A DNA stretch of 64,000 bases from Mobula hypostoma (taxonomy: Eukaryota), in contig NC_086097.1 of the NCBI RefSeq assembly GCF_963921235.1, forward strand, positions 229,402,001 to 229,466,000, in the 5' to 3' direction. The notes beneath the pieces are model-generated. The model was not told the origin of the DNA, ran no database searches, and saw only the letters and a list, made by a program, of their open reading frames with translations. Positions 25,799-38,139 of the stretch are shown piece by piece (the stretch's first letter is position 1; the number at the start of each line of letters is the position of its first letter). The translations under genes were made by a program, and so were the position numbers.

Positions 25799-25999
25799 AT
25801 TCAGGTATAGGGGCTTTAATTTTTACAATTTACTGATTTTGCCTTGATATGTTTATTTGTGTTCTATTAATGTGCTGTTATTCTTAAGCTTTTCTGCTGC
25901 AGTCCAGTGGGATGGAAGTTGACTTATTTCTACTTCAGTTCTGAGGAGTGGAAGCTGTCCGTGTATGAATTATTTTAACATAGACTAAATCTAAATATT

Positions 26000-26630
26000 A
26001 GATTAGATTAAAGATTATCTTTATTTATCATATGTGCATTGAAATGACCAACACAGTCTAAATATGAGCTAGGGGTAGCCTGCAAGTGCTATCATGCTTC
26101 TGGGGCCAACTTACCATGCCCACAACCTATTATCTCTATCCCGTAGTCTTAGCAACACGGGAGGAAACTGGAGCACCCAGACGAAACCCACGCAGGTCAT
26201 GGGAGGAATGTACAAAATCCTTACAGGTAGTGGTGGAATTGAGCTCAGGTCTTTGGTGTTGTAATAATAAAATAAAGGCATCCGTTAGTCTCGCGAGACC
26301 ATGGATCTGTGCCTGGAAAGTCTTCACTCTCCAGGGTGCAGGCCTGGGCAAGGTTGTATGGATGACCAGCAGTTGCCCATGCTGCAAGTCTCCCCTCTCC
26401 ACGACACCAATGTTGCCCAAGGGAAGGGCATTAGGACCCATACAGTTTGGCACCAGTGTCGTCGCAGAGCAATGTGTGATTAAGTGCCTTGCTCAAGGAC
26501 ACAACACGTTCCCTCGGCTGGGGCTCAAACTCACGACCTTCAGGTAGCTAGTCCAATGCCTTAACCACTTGGCCACGTGCCAAGTGGTGTTGTAATAGCG
26601 TTATGCTAATCACTATGCTACTGTGCCACA
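26000..26630 (-). mobile_element. V-SINE (HE1/mermaid-like) host, split by a younger SINE
   Basis: The minus strand reads gcacagtagcatagtgattagc...ctcaattcc...gggtgctccagtttcctccc. Confidence 0.75.
26267..26584 (-). mobile_element. tRNA-derived CORE-like SINE with 13-bp TSD
   Basis: Minus strand has GTGGCCAAGTGGTTAAGG (A box), GAGTTTGAGCC (B-box-like) and GTGTCCTTGAGCAAGGCACTTAA (CORE-like). TSD TGGTGTTGTAATA at 26254-26266 and 26585-26597. Confidence 0.85.
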
Positions 26631-26818
26631 CAGGTGTTCCACACCACCTGGTCTGCAGTCTTAATAGGATGAGCACTTGATTAACTAGCGAGCAGTTCCA
26701 GGATCACACTTGGGCGGACATGTGTATATAGACATACACACTTATGCACACATGCACACACATACAATGCTTTCAGCATATGCAAGTTTGGACAAGTGCA
26801 ATAGTTTATACCCATTAA

Positions 26819-26821
<3 letters not shown>

Positions 26822-26894
<73 letters not shown>

Positions 26895-26912
26895 TGTGTG
26901 TGTGTGTGTGTG
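26822..26912. repeat. (GT)n microsatellite
   Basis: About 45 GT units with one A interruption. Confidence 0.98.
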
Positions 26913-27624
26913 ATATTCTGATGGTTCCTGTCATATCCTTCTCATCATTTCTAAAACTGCTACTTTATTTTATGGTCTTGATTCTTCCTGATTTTATAAC
27001 AGCACCTGAACACCCTCACCCAACCCCGAATTCAACCCTCTTTTTGTATTTTAAACATTAAGGAGGTTGGTTAGAAACTGAAGGCTAGGTCCCATGTTCA
27101 GTGTTTTCCAATTAACCTCTGTCATCTGTTCCAAATAACATTCCCTGAGGCACACATATCTGATGATGACATCTATCTGCCTTTCTATAAATACAAATAT
27201 ACTGCTGAAATCATTGTAATTCAGGTAAATTGCCCTGAAGCAGAGAACCTTTGAGATTCTGTTATTCTACATGACATGTTGGTGTGATTGTACTAAATCT
27301 GTACTAAGTCTGCATATTCATATATAAGTTACATGTGTTCATCCATAATGTGTTCATTGACTCTCTTATTACTCCTGCAATAGCTGTTAAAATTATATTG
27401 TAGAGCCTGCATTAATATAAATTTGTAATCTTTGCATTGCCCTAAAATCCTAATTTGATTTTTTAATTGTGAAGTTCCATGATGGGAGAGTATCATATGA
27501 ATAAAATGACCCCAGGTAGCTTTTTATAGATGCCATGAACTAGTGGGGGAATTTAGTAATGGTGATACCATTGAACATCAGGCTGATGATAGCTAGTATT
27601 TGGAATTGGAATTGGAATGACAAA

Positions 27625-27975
27625 TGATTTGAGAGGTGTGGATAGCCAGAGGCTTTTTCCCAGGGCTGAAACGGCTAACATGAGAGGGCATAGTTTTAAG
27701 GTGCTTGGAAGTAGGTACAGGGGGGATGTCAGTGGTAAGTTTTTCACATGGAGAGTGGTGGGTGCACGGAATGCACTGCCAGTGACGGTGGTGGAGGCAG
27801 ATACAATCGGGTCTTTTAAGAGACTCTTAGGTAGTTACATGGAGCTCAGAAAAATAGAGGGCTATGCGGTAGGGAAATTCTAGGCGGTTTCTAGAGTAGG
27901 TTACATGGTCAGCACAGCATTGAGGGTCGAAGGGCCTGAAATGTGCTGTAGATTTCTATGCTCTATGTTTCTATG
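27625..27975 (+). mobile_element. CR1 3' end
   Basis: RGVDSQRLFPRAETANMRGHSFKVLGSRYRGDV; same subfamily as the element ending at 42250. Confidence 0.85.
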
Positions 27976-28154
27976 AAACATTCCAAATTCTTTGACGATT
28001 TTCAGGGATTGGTGCTGTGAGGAGGAGAACAAAGGATTAGGAGGTTATGGGCTCAGGATAAAGGAATGTTTGGTTGAGACAAATGAGGAGGAAGTTTTTA
28101 TTCCAGAGAGCCATGGAAGATAGATCTATGACACGTTCAGTGGAACTTTGCATC

Positions 28155-29597
28155 CATTTGATGAAGTACTTTGAGAGGATGGTCATGAAACATTTGATCT
28201 CCTGCCTGAGGACTGACTTGGATCCAGTTCAAATTGTCTACCATCATGACAGGTCAACAGCAGATGTAATTTCATTGGCTCCTCACTCAACTCATGAACA
28301 TCCGGATAGTGAAGACGCATGCACCAGGATGCTCTTCATTGACTACAGCTCTATATTCAACACTATCATCCTTTCAAAACTAACCAATAAGCTCCAAGAC
28401 CTAGGCCTTGCTTTCCTTACATGAAGTACCCAGTCGGTACGGATTGGCAACAACACTTCCTCCACAATCACTATCTGCACACTACAAGGGTGTTCTATTC
28501 ACTTTATGCTTATGACTGTGAGGCTAAGTACAACTCCAACACCACATTTATGTTTGCTGATGGCACAACACCACTGTTGATGTCCGAATCAAAGGTTGTG
28601 ATGAAGTGGCATGTAGGAGGGAGAGTGAATATCTGTCTGAATGATGCCACAACAGCAACATCTCACTCAAAGTCAGCAAGACCAAGAAGCTGATTATTGA
28701 CTTCAGGAGGAAGAAACTGGAGGTCTCTGAGCTAATGCTCGTTCAGGGATCAGATGTGGAGATGGTCATTAACTTAAAATTTCTGCACATTATCATATTA
28801 GAGGATCTGTGGCAAGTGCCATTTCAAAGAAAGCATGGCAGCACCTCTACCATCTTAGCAGTTTACACAGATTCAGCATATCATCTAAAACCTTGACAGA
28901 CTTCTATAGATGCACAGTGGAGAGAGCCTTGACTAGTTGCATCACAACCTAGTATGGAAACACAAGTGCCCAAGAATGGAAAAGCCTAAAAAAAAGTCTT
29001 CACACCATTGAGTATCTACAAAGAGCAATGCCACAATTAAGCGGCATCCATCATCAAGAACCCCCAACACCAAGGCCATGCTCTCTTCTTGCTACTACCA
29101 TCAGGAAGGAGGTACAGGAGCCTTAGGTTCCATAGCGCTAGGTTCAGGAGCAGTTATTGCCCTTCAACCATCAGGCTCCTGAACAAGTGTGGACAATGTC
29201 ACTCAACATGACACTGCACTGATCACTGAAAACAACTAACACACATAAAAGTTGCTGGTGAATGCAGCAGGCCAGGCAGCATCTCTAGGAAGAGGTACAG
29301 TTGACGTTTCGGTCCGAGACCCTTCGTCAGGATGGACAAACTTATGAAAACAAATTATGGACTCACTTTCAAGGACTTTATAACTCGAGTTCTCAGTGTT
29401 ATTTATTTATTTATTTTTGTATTTGCACATTTTGTCTTCTTTTGCACATCCATTTCTGGTTAGTCTTTGCTTGTGTAGTTTTTCATTGATTTGATTGTAT
29501 TTTTTGTTATACTGTGAATGCTTACAAGAAAATAGATCCCACAGTAGTATTTGATGAGATGTATGTACTTTGATATTAAATTTATTTTGAACTTTGA
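28155..29597 (+). mobile_element. Rex1/Babar LINE RT and 3' end, with a Penelope terminus inserted at about 29237-29335
   Basis: MKYFERMVMKHL...LDPVQ...RSTADVISLA...RMLFIDYSSIFNTI; MFADGTT; tail tttgaactttga. Confidence 0.85.
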
Positions 29598-29764
29598 GAC
29601 TCCTGGTTGAAAGTTGATCTTCAGAATGGAGGCTAATGGTGTGCTACAGGGGTTGGTGTTGGGACCCTTGTTTTTTATTATTTACAGTATCTAAGTGTTC
29701 TAGATGCAAGTGCATAAGGCTTGATCAGTAAATTTGCAATGATACAAAATTTGAGACTTTTTTT

Positions 29765-29982
29765 AACCGTGCCCATGGTCTGCTCTTTATCAAATTATCG
29801 TATTGTTTTGCATTGTTGTAACTATATGTTATAATTATGTGGTTTTGTCAGTTTTAGTGTTGGTTTGTCCTATTTTTTTTGTGATATCATTCTGGAGGAA
29901 CGTTGTATCATTTTTTTAATGCATGCATTTCTAAATGACAATAAACGAGGACTGAGGGTCTTCATAATCTAATCTAATCTAA
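29765..29982 (+). mobile_element. 5'-truncated copy of the YY1-headed non-autonomous retroposon
   Basis: Matches the 3' part of 34903-35576 and has an (aatct)n tail. Confidence 0.75.
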
Positions 29983-30067
29983 TTAAATTACCAAATTGGT
30001 TTGTTATTGTCACATGTACTGAGGTACAGTGGAAGATCTTGTCTTGCAATCTCTCCATACAGATAAT

Positions 30068-30693
30068 TTATGATTATGAAGACACGTAGTCCTCTTTTAT
30101 TGTCATTTAGTAATGCATGCATTAAGAAATGATACATTATATCCTCCGCTGTGATATCACAAAACACAGGACAAACCAAGACTGAAAAAACTGACAAAAC
30201 CACATAATTATAACATATAGTTACAACAGTGCACAATACCATAACTTGATGCAGAAGTCCGTGAGCACAGTAAAGTTCAAAGTTCCTCAAATGTCCCACA
30301 TCTCACGCAGATGGGAGAAGGAAGAAAAACTCTCCCTGCCGTACCAACCACAATCCGACTCTGAGTCATCCGAAAACTTCGAGCTTTGATCAGCTCTCCG
30401 ATACCGAGTACTGAACGCCATCTCTGTCCGAGCGATTCGACCGCCTTCTCGGTCGCCAAAAGCAGGCAAGGCTGGGGATTTTGAGGCCTACCCTCTGAAT
30501 GATTCCCGACCACACAGTAACGACAGCAGCGGATGTGCGTTTCAGAAATTTCTCCAGATGTTCCTTTGTGCTTTCACGTCCATTCTCCATCAAATCAGAA
30601 TTTTCCATGGCCCCTATTTAACGGATATGATATCATTTTCACCAGAGAGCTGCGCATGCACGGCACACCGCCATCTTCTCCTCCCGCCTCCCA
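30068..30693 (-). mobile_element. Full-length YY1-headed non-autonomous retroposon, inserted in an older LINE 3' end (about 29990-30900)
   Basis: Reverse-orientation relative of 34903-35576; CCGCCATCTT at 30668-30677. Confidence 0.75.
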
Positions 30694-30904
30694 TTGTTTT
30701 ATAACAACAGTACATTGAGGTGGTACAAGGGAAAACAATAACAGAAAGCAAAATAAAGTATAGCAGCAACTGAGAAAGTGCAATGCAGCTAAACAACATG
30801 TTACAAGATCAAAGCAAGGTAGATTATGAATAACAAGGTGTACTGTGAGGTCAAGAGTCCATCTTATTGTATTAAGCAACCATTTGATCGTCTTATAACA
30901 GCAG

Positions 30905-31115
30905 AGTAGAATTTCTTTAGCCAGAGGATGATGAATCTGTGGAATTCATTGCCACTGACAGCTGCTGAGTTTCATAATTTCTTAATTAGTAAGGGTGTCA
31001 AAGGTTACAGAGAGCAGACAGGAGAATGGGGCTGAGAGGGAAAATAAATCAGCCATGATGGAATGGCGGAGCAGGCTCGATGGGCTGAATGGCCTAATTC
31101 TGCTCCTATGTCTAA
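30905..31115 (+). mobile_element. CR1 3' end
   Basis: gtgaatctgtggaattc-like motif and terminal gatgggctgaatggcctaattctgctcc. Confidence 0.75.
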
Positions 31116-31433
31116 TCCCCCATGCATTGTCACTTTACACTTACACTCCACACCTCATACCTACACTGACACAGTTACTGTCCTACTAAGTTTTCATTTG
31201 CCCTGCTGCTACCTAGAAGAGTTCCTCTTGCTAAGAGCCCCTCTGTCCCTTTATCATGTCCTGTCAGTCACCTTGTGTACAAATACTCCTGCATCTAGTG
31301 TCACTTTATGTACATAAAATCAGTCTATGTATATAAACTAATCTTGTACAGTATACAGTATTTAAGGCCACACTCATACAGTTACGTAAGACATAGACAA
31401 TGAGACAAAGGAGCGGAATGAGGACATTCAGCC

Positions 31434-32444
31434 TGTGGGATTTTGAGGTAAACATGTGAGAGTCATTTTATGTGCATAACAAAAGCCACAGCCCTTTACT
31501 TCCATTATGAACAAACCGAAAGCAGTTGCCTTACACTGACATCATTACGTGAGACACCGTTGCTTAAAGTGAACACCACAACTCAATGACAATGTTTGTG
31601 GATTATGTAGAAGTTTCTATTATGAACAATTTGCGTCATCTGTCAACCACTACAATACCCATTACACACCTCTCCCAGAACTCACCAAAACCAGCATTGT
31701 AAGACTGTCTGGAGCTTGTATGAGCTGCCCAGGTCGGGTCCTATGTTGCTTAGTTGGAGTAATAGCAGGTACGTCGGGCTCATCCAGGGGTGTGCTGACA
31801 TGATGCACAGGGTATGGTAGTGGAACCAACCAGGTCATAGTGGGTTAGTTTAAGCCGATCTACAGAAATACATTCAGATTTCCTCTTTCCTCCTACAATA
31901 AAAGTATTTTTGCCCCATTCAAAAATGCAGAATGGGCCATCATAAGGGGACTTAATGGGGTATTGACGTACATCATGGTTGACAGAAACAAACAAGGTAG
32001 AACGTAGATCAACTGGAACCCAAGAGTGCTGTATGCCATGATGGGAGGAAGGAGCAGGTGTACTGAGAAGTCGCCAATGTAGAATTTTGTGAATAAAGCT
32101 TACGAGAGTTGTTTTATGTGCTTAACAAAAGCCACAACCCATAGTCATAGTCATAGTCATAGTCATACTTTATTGATCCTGAGGGAAATTTGGTTTCGTT
32201 ACAGTTGCACCAACCAAGAACAGAGTATAAATATAGCCATATAAAACCATAAATAATTAAATATTTATTACCTCCCTTACCTCCATTAAGAACAAACCTA
32301 AAGCAGTCGCCTTATATTGACATCACTACGTCAGACAGCGTCTCTAAAAGTGTACACAACTCAATGACGGTGTTTGTGAATTATGTAGAACAATTTCTAT
32401 TATGAACAATATGTTTCATCTGTCACCCATTATATTACCCTACA
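31434..32444 (-). mobile_element. Miniature two-LTR Gypsy deletion derivative (TRIM-like)
   Basis: Direct repeats 31434-31666 and 32078-32444, each TG...CA. PBS TGGCGAC next to the 5' LTR and purine tract GGGAGAGGTG next to the 3' LTR. The internal region encodes the integrase C-terminal GPY/F motif (SPYDGPF...ISVDRLK). 4-bp TSD AGCC/GGCC. Confidence 0.85.
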
Positions 32445-32904
32445 GGCCCTTCGAGTCTGTTCCACAGTTACTTGCACATTGCGTTTTATAGGATAGTTTT
32501 TATATTTATATTTATTGTGTTTTTTTAAATGTTTTTGTTCTTAGAGGCACATTAAATTCTACTTTCTCTATATTGCAGTACAACAGCTCCTGCCACTGAC
32601 ATATAATACATCCTGGGGCATGTAAATGTTCAACATAGTTTTAGGCAATTAGTCAGCTATTCCAGGAGCTGACAAGTATACATGCTGCAACTGGTAATAA
32701 GTTGAATCCAAGCCACAGCAAGGCCTGATCTTGTACAACTTATTTTTAAATAGAGTCCATTTAGAAAGAGGATGATAATGAGCAAATGCAGAAGTTTTGT
32801 TTATTGTATATTTTGCTGCGCTTCAGTTATTGCAACTAAAATGAAAAGAATTGCAGGAATTCATCCATTAAGCCATCACAAATACAGTCCATTACTTTTT
32901 TTTC

Positions 32905-33005
32905 TTGGACACACAAGAGACTGCAGAAGATGGAAAATTCACAAAGGAGCTGGTGGAACTCTCTGAGTCAGGCAGCATCTACTGAGGGAAATGGAAAGAC
33001 AACAT
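32905..33005 (-). mobile_element. Penelope-like terminal fragment
   Basis: acacaagagactgcaga...gctggtggaactc...ggcagcatc. Confidence 0.6.
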
Positions 33006-33597
33006 TAACTTCTTTTTTTTCTTTTCAGGCAGTTTCACACAATTAAGGAAAATTTGCTTCCATATCAATTCTCTGAGGTCTTAGGCAGTTGAAAAATTGT
33101 ATATGGGAGCTACAGCTATTCACTGCCTTAGGTCAGGCACCTGGTGCTTACAGAGTGGGTGGAGTATTTAACACATTGTTTGTGTATGGCCTCCACGTCC
33201 AAAAGAGGATCATTGCCTTTCCAGATCCTCTTGTTTTTGAGCAGTTGTTGAATAGGGACTCTTGTGAGTCAGCAAGGATTTTGCATTTTTTTAAAGGAAC
33301 TTTCTTCAAGTGTTTTCTTTTTTGCCCTTCAAAATATCTCTTGTTGTGACTGAGATTGGAGTGCTTGTTTCAGGAGTCTGATGTTAAGTGTGCATGCAGA
33401 TAACATAGCCCGCCAATCAGAGATGGTTGAGCACAATCAAGGTCTCAGTGTTGGGAAAGTTGGCCTGGGAAGGGACACCAACATTGATTCATTATCCCGC
33501 CAAAGTATCAAGAAGATTTTGTGGAGACTGCATTGGTGTTACTTCTCTAGTGCTTCAAGATACATACCATAGCTTGTCCATATCTCCATAGTTACAA

Positions 33598-33745
33598 GAT
33601 GCTGATGAAGGGTGTTGGCCCGAAACATCAATTGTCGAATGTTTACTCTCTTATATAGATGCTGCCTGCCTGCCTACTGAGCTCCTTCAGCATTTTGTGT
33701 GTGTTTCTTGGATTTCCAGCTTCTGCAGATTTCCTTGTGTTGTTT
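33598..33745 (+). mobile_element. Penelope-like terminal fragment with hammerhead core
   Basis: CTGATGA-AGGGTGTTGGCCC-GAAA-CATC, followed by the family terminus cagcattttgtgtgtgtt...ttctgcaga. Confidence 0.75.
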
Positions 33746-34902
33746 ATGAGGTGCTGATTATTAGAATTTTCATTTTGGGGTCTATGACATTGAATTTTCT
33801 GCAGTGGCATTTGTGTTGCTGTTGTCATTTTGCAATCCGGGTGATGAATATGACAGATTGGAGTAGGATGTGTTAAGTCCAGCAGTTGTTAGCTCCTGTA
33901 ATAACACAAGTGATGCAGTACCTGTACAGTCCTTCATTTGACAATGACCTTCTCCAGCAGCTGCCAATGTTTGAATCAAGAGCATTGCCATGTTGTTTTG
34001 TTTGTGTATTTTCAGCAAAACAGGATCCTAGTTTTATGACAAGTTAATTTTTAAAATTATTAACTCAAACAATTTAACTCTGCTAAAGTTAGTTCTTTAG
34101 TTCTTTCATAATGTTTTCTTGACACTAATACTTTCCAGATGTTTGGGGAAAATCTATTACTGTTTGGTTAGTGTATAGTTATAGCTGTCAACTCAATTTG
34201 AGTTAAAATTGAAATGATCTTTTTCTGTATATGCAACATCAATATGCAAAAACCTTACAATTATTTACCTTGACACTACCCCTGATAGCATCCAGCTCTA
34301 CCGCCCAGTCACATTATCCTAAGCCTTGTTTCAATATCACTCCACTGTCATACTTACTCCTTGCTCACTCAGTCTCCTCCCAAACCCTATTCACCAAACT
34401 TGCCTTTCTAGCCTCCATTCTATCAATATTTTCTTCAAAAGTTACCTATCTGTTCTTAAAAGCGATCTTCAACACCAATCATCAACCCCACTTTCACCAA
34501 GAAATCATCAAATGATCCCTAAATTAAAAAAAGGCTTCTATCTCTTTAACAATGTCAAAATTGATTAAATCAAGAATCTGTGGGGACCTATCCTAGCAAC
34601 AATGTAGTGCATTATCATTCAACCATTTGTCATAGTTGATCACACCAGCCTCATCTAATACTGTATCTTAGTTTCTCACCACTATGGTTCATTTTTCTGG
34701 TTTCGTTCTTATCTTTTAAAAAGCATCAGTGCATTTCTAACGTTCTTCTCTTCAATCCTCTGTACTGTTAGCTCTTGTTCCTTCCAAAATCTACCCTGCC
34801 TTTCTCATCTTCAACTATGTGCCACTCCATTCTTGGAACATGCACAAATATAAAATATATTTCCACATGTATGCTGAAAATCTAGCTATCAACTCTTTAA
34901 AG

Positions 34903-35576
34903 GGGGGGGGGAGAAGATGGCGGTGTGACGACAGCGTGCGCGGCCACTCCAGTGATGAATATCTGTTATTTGTCAAGTAAGGGATCGTGCACAATTCTGA
35001 TTTGATGGAGACAGACGTGAGAGTACAGAAACTTCTGAAATGTCTGCTTTGCTACTGCTGCTACTGTGTGGTAACCGGAATCTCCGGAGCTGAAGGCCCC
35101 GAAATCCTCGGCTTTGCGTGTTTCAGCGGCCGGGGAGAGGTCGAAGGCGCTCGGCAGAGGATGGTGCTCGGGAGGCTGTATCGGAGAGGCTGCTTGGAAG
35201 CTTGGAGTTTTCGGACGGATGGACTCAGTGTCAGCTGGGGTCGGCTGCTTCCAAGGTATCGGCAAGTTGACGGTGCCTGGAGGTTTATGGCGGGGAGTTT
35301 CTCCCTTTTGCTGCCTGCTATTGGGTACTCGGGAGTCGATCGACTCGGGACTTTGAGACTATTTTTGTTTACTGTGCCTATGGTCTGTTCTCTATCAAAT
35401 TACGGTATTGCTTTGCACTGCTGTAACTATATGTTATAATTATGTGGTTTTGTCAGTGTTAGTCTTTGGTCTGTCTTGTTTTCTGTGATATCACTCCAGA
35501 GAAACATTGTATCATTTCTTAATGCATGTATGCATTTCTAAATGACAATAAAAGAGGACTGAGTGTTCTCATAATC
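34903..35576 (+). mobile_element. Full-length non-autonomous retroposon (about 670 bp) with G-rich YY1 head and LINE-like tail
   Basis: 5' G-run then AAGATGGCGG, CpG-rich body, 3' aaatgacaataaaagaggactg...ataatc. Possible TSD TAAAG at 34898-34902 and 35577-35581. Confidence 0.75.
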
Positions 35577-36199
35577 TAAAGTTTTCAACCAGCTTCTGGA
35601 CTGTTTATCTGAATGACCTGAATGAATCCCACTCTATATTTGGAAGACCAAGCTTACCACTTCTTACCCTTCAAATGTAGCTCAGTTCCCCTGTCATTTG
35701 CTCCGCCCCCTTTTCATCATCCAATCTCTCAAGTTAAATCAGACCATCTTCATTCTTAGAACTTTGAACTCCAAGGCCTACCCAACAACAAATTTCCTAA
35801 CTTCCACTTGTTTCTGGTTCACCACTCTTCATCTACAGCTGAAAATGATGCCTTAAGACAATACTTGTCCTTTACAGAATCAGGCATTCAGAGACACAAA
35901 ACACTGAAGGCCATAACAATCTTCGCATTTGGCATTCTGATTCTCCTGAATTTTCCTCAATATGCTGTTATACAGATTCTATATATTGTTGCTGAGTGCA
36001 AAGGGTGAAAAAGCTTAGAGTTTGCTGTGAAGTTCAACTGCTCCAACCAAACCAGCCAAAATGAGCTTTGCATTCTTTGAGCCCAAACAGTGCACAGCAA
36101 GCAATGTCAGCAGAACACATTACACTGAATCAGAAGCTTGCCAGTTTCCTCCTTCCATGTCGCAACGCAGCGCACTCCACAACCAACAACTCACCATCT

Positions 36200-37086
36200 A
36201 TTCTAATTTTGGGTTGTTCCTTGCGTGCACATTTGGTTCTCCTCAAACCCGACCTCTGCAGGACAAACATCTGAGACACATTGAGGGCTCCTCAAGCAAG
36301 AAGGCTCGATGTTACACTCCTGGATAAGCAGTCTTGGCAAGGAACTACAAAGATGATCACAAATGGGTAATTGGAAAGATTGAGGACAGGATTGGACCAC
36401 TCTTCTACACAGTGGACTTCGCGTCTGCTGGCATCTGGAGATGACACATTGAGCAGAATCAATTGTTAAAGAATGAATGTGTCCAGAGCTGTCAGCACCA
36501 CTTCCTACGGTCCCAGAGTCAACTCCTACAACCATCATGGAAGAGGGCCCAGAATCTGAGGTTGTTTCACAGCCACAAGTCTCACCTGCCCATCAGAGTG
36601 ACCCCGTCCCCTCCTTGTCAGGAAAGATGTTAACCCACAAGAATAAGAAATCCTCCATAGCAACTAAATCTTTAGACCCGAATAGGACAATTTAAAATTT
36701 ACTATGCTGTGTACATCTATATAGTAGTTGTATTATATAGTATACTGTACAGTATATACAGTATATATAAGATGACTAGAGAGCAATGTTACATTTGAGT
36801 TGAGGTGCATTCTATATTAAGTTGGAGTTTGTAATTAAGCATGGAGGAGTGTAGTGTATTTAATATTTCAGTATTATTTGAGGAATATTGTCAATATATT
36901 GTTTGAGCTTTGTTTGTATACATAATTCATTGTGGGTTATATGCAAGAAGTACATGAATGGCATACGTCATTATGTCACCACGTTATAGGGCCTTACTAA
37001 AACAAAAGAAAGAAAAACAAAGTAGACAAATATCCCGGCTCCTGTGTTTTTCTTTCAATTAGATTCTGGAGTTACAAAACCTAACA
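36200..37086 (+). mobile_element. Gypsy retrotransposon 3' end: integrase C-terminus, PPT and 3' LTR (about 36852-37086)
   Basis: Degenerate YTPG.AVLARNY...KWVIGKI...GPLFYTV...IWR.HIEQ. Purine tract atggaggag precedes an LTR ending in CA. Confidence 0.75.
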
Positions 37087-37924
37087 GTTTTCACCAGGTT
37101 ATTTTGCAATGAAAGGTGGACTGGTACTGTTTTGGAAAAATGGATACAGCAGGTAAATATAACAGGACAGTTATTTTGAATCTGTATCAATCTGACTTGC
37201 ACAACATCTAAAACGTACTTGTTTTGATTATCAAGTTCCTACTGTATATTTACATATTTTAGATATCGTTCAATGAAATATAGAAATAATGAATCCAACA
37301 CATGACATCCCTGGAAATGAAAATAAATAAAATACATTTTAAGTAGAATCTTTCAAAACATCTCAGCTATTTTTTGACCAATTAGTCCTTCAATGTAATC
37401 ATGGGTAATAGAACACTATAATGGAGTACCTACCCACAGCAATGTTATTAGCTACTGAAATAGGAATAAATGTTGAGTATGTTGCACACCTAACTCTCTT
37501 GCCCTTGTTCATGTAATGCAACATTCATAATGGAGAGTTGTCAGGACTGCAATGTAACATCTCACTTCAGCAATGCAGCACGTTTTCCATGTTACAGTGG
37601 AGAGTCAGTTTCAATTGCTTGAAAGCCAAGAGAGCATGTTTTGAATTAATGTGATTCTGTATCAGAAGTGAGAGTGATCTAAGGGCAATGATCCTGGTGT
37701 ACTAGAAAGAAAAACATTTTACAGTGAATGATGCCCCTGGCAATACACATCATGTCATAAGAAATTTATGAGTTCTTCACAACAGCCAAGAAAACAGAAA
37801 GCAGTCATACCTTCAATGTAATAGGTATGCTTTATAAGGTCCTGTCAATATCTTCGCCAACTTTTGTCTCCTTCAAGTTCCTTTACTCTTATGCTCATGT
37901 AATAAATAATGGTACATTTTCATA

Positions 37925-38137
37925 CATAAACACAAAGTCTGCAGATGCCGGAAATCCAAAGCAACATATACAAAATGCTAGAGGCACTCAGCAGGTCAGG
38001 CAGCATCTATGAAAATGAATAAACAGTCAGCGTTTCTGGCTGAGACCCTTCTTCAGGACTGAAAATGAAGGGCAAGGATGCCAGATTAAAAAGGTGGCGG
38101 GAGGAGAAGGAAGCTAGCGAGAAGGTGATAGGTGATT
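37925..38137 (-). mobile_element. Penelope-like terminal fragment
   Basis: aaacacaaagtctgcagatgc...gagacccttcttcaggactg. Confidence 0.75.
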
Positions 38138-38139
38138 AA

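Noticed and set aside
26710..27061. CVCVCV ORFs
   Set aside because: Translation of the GT microsatellite.
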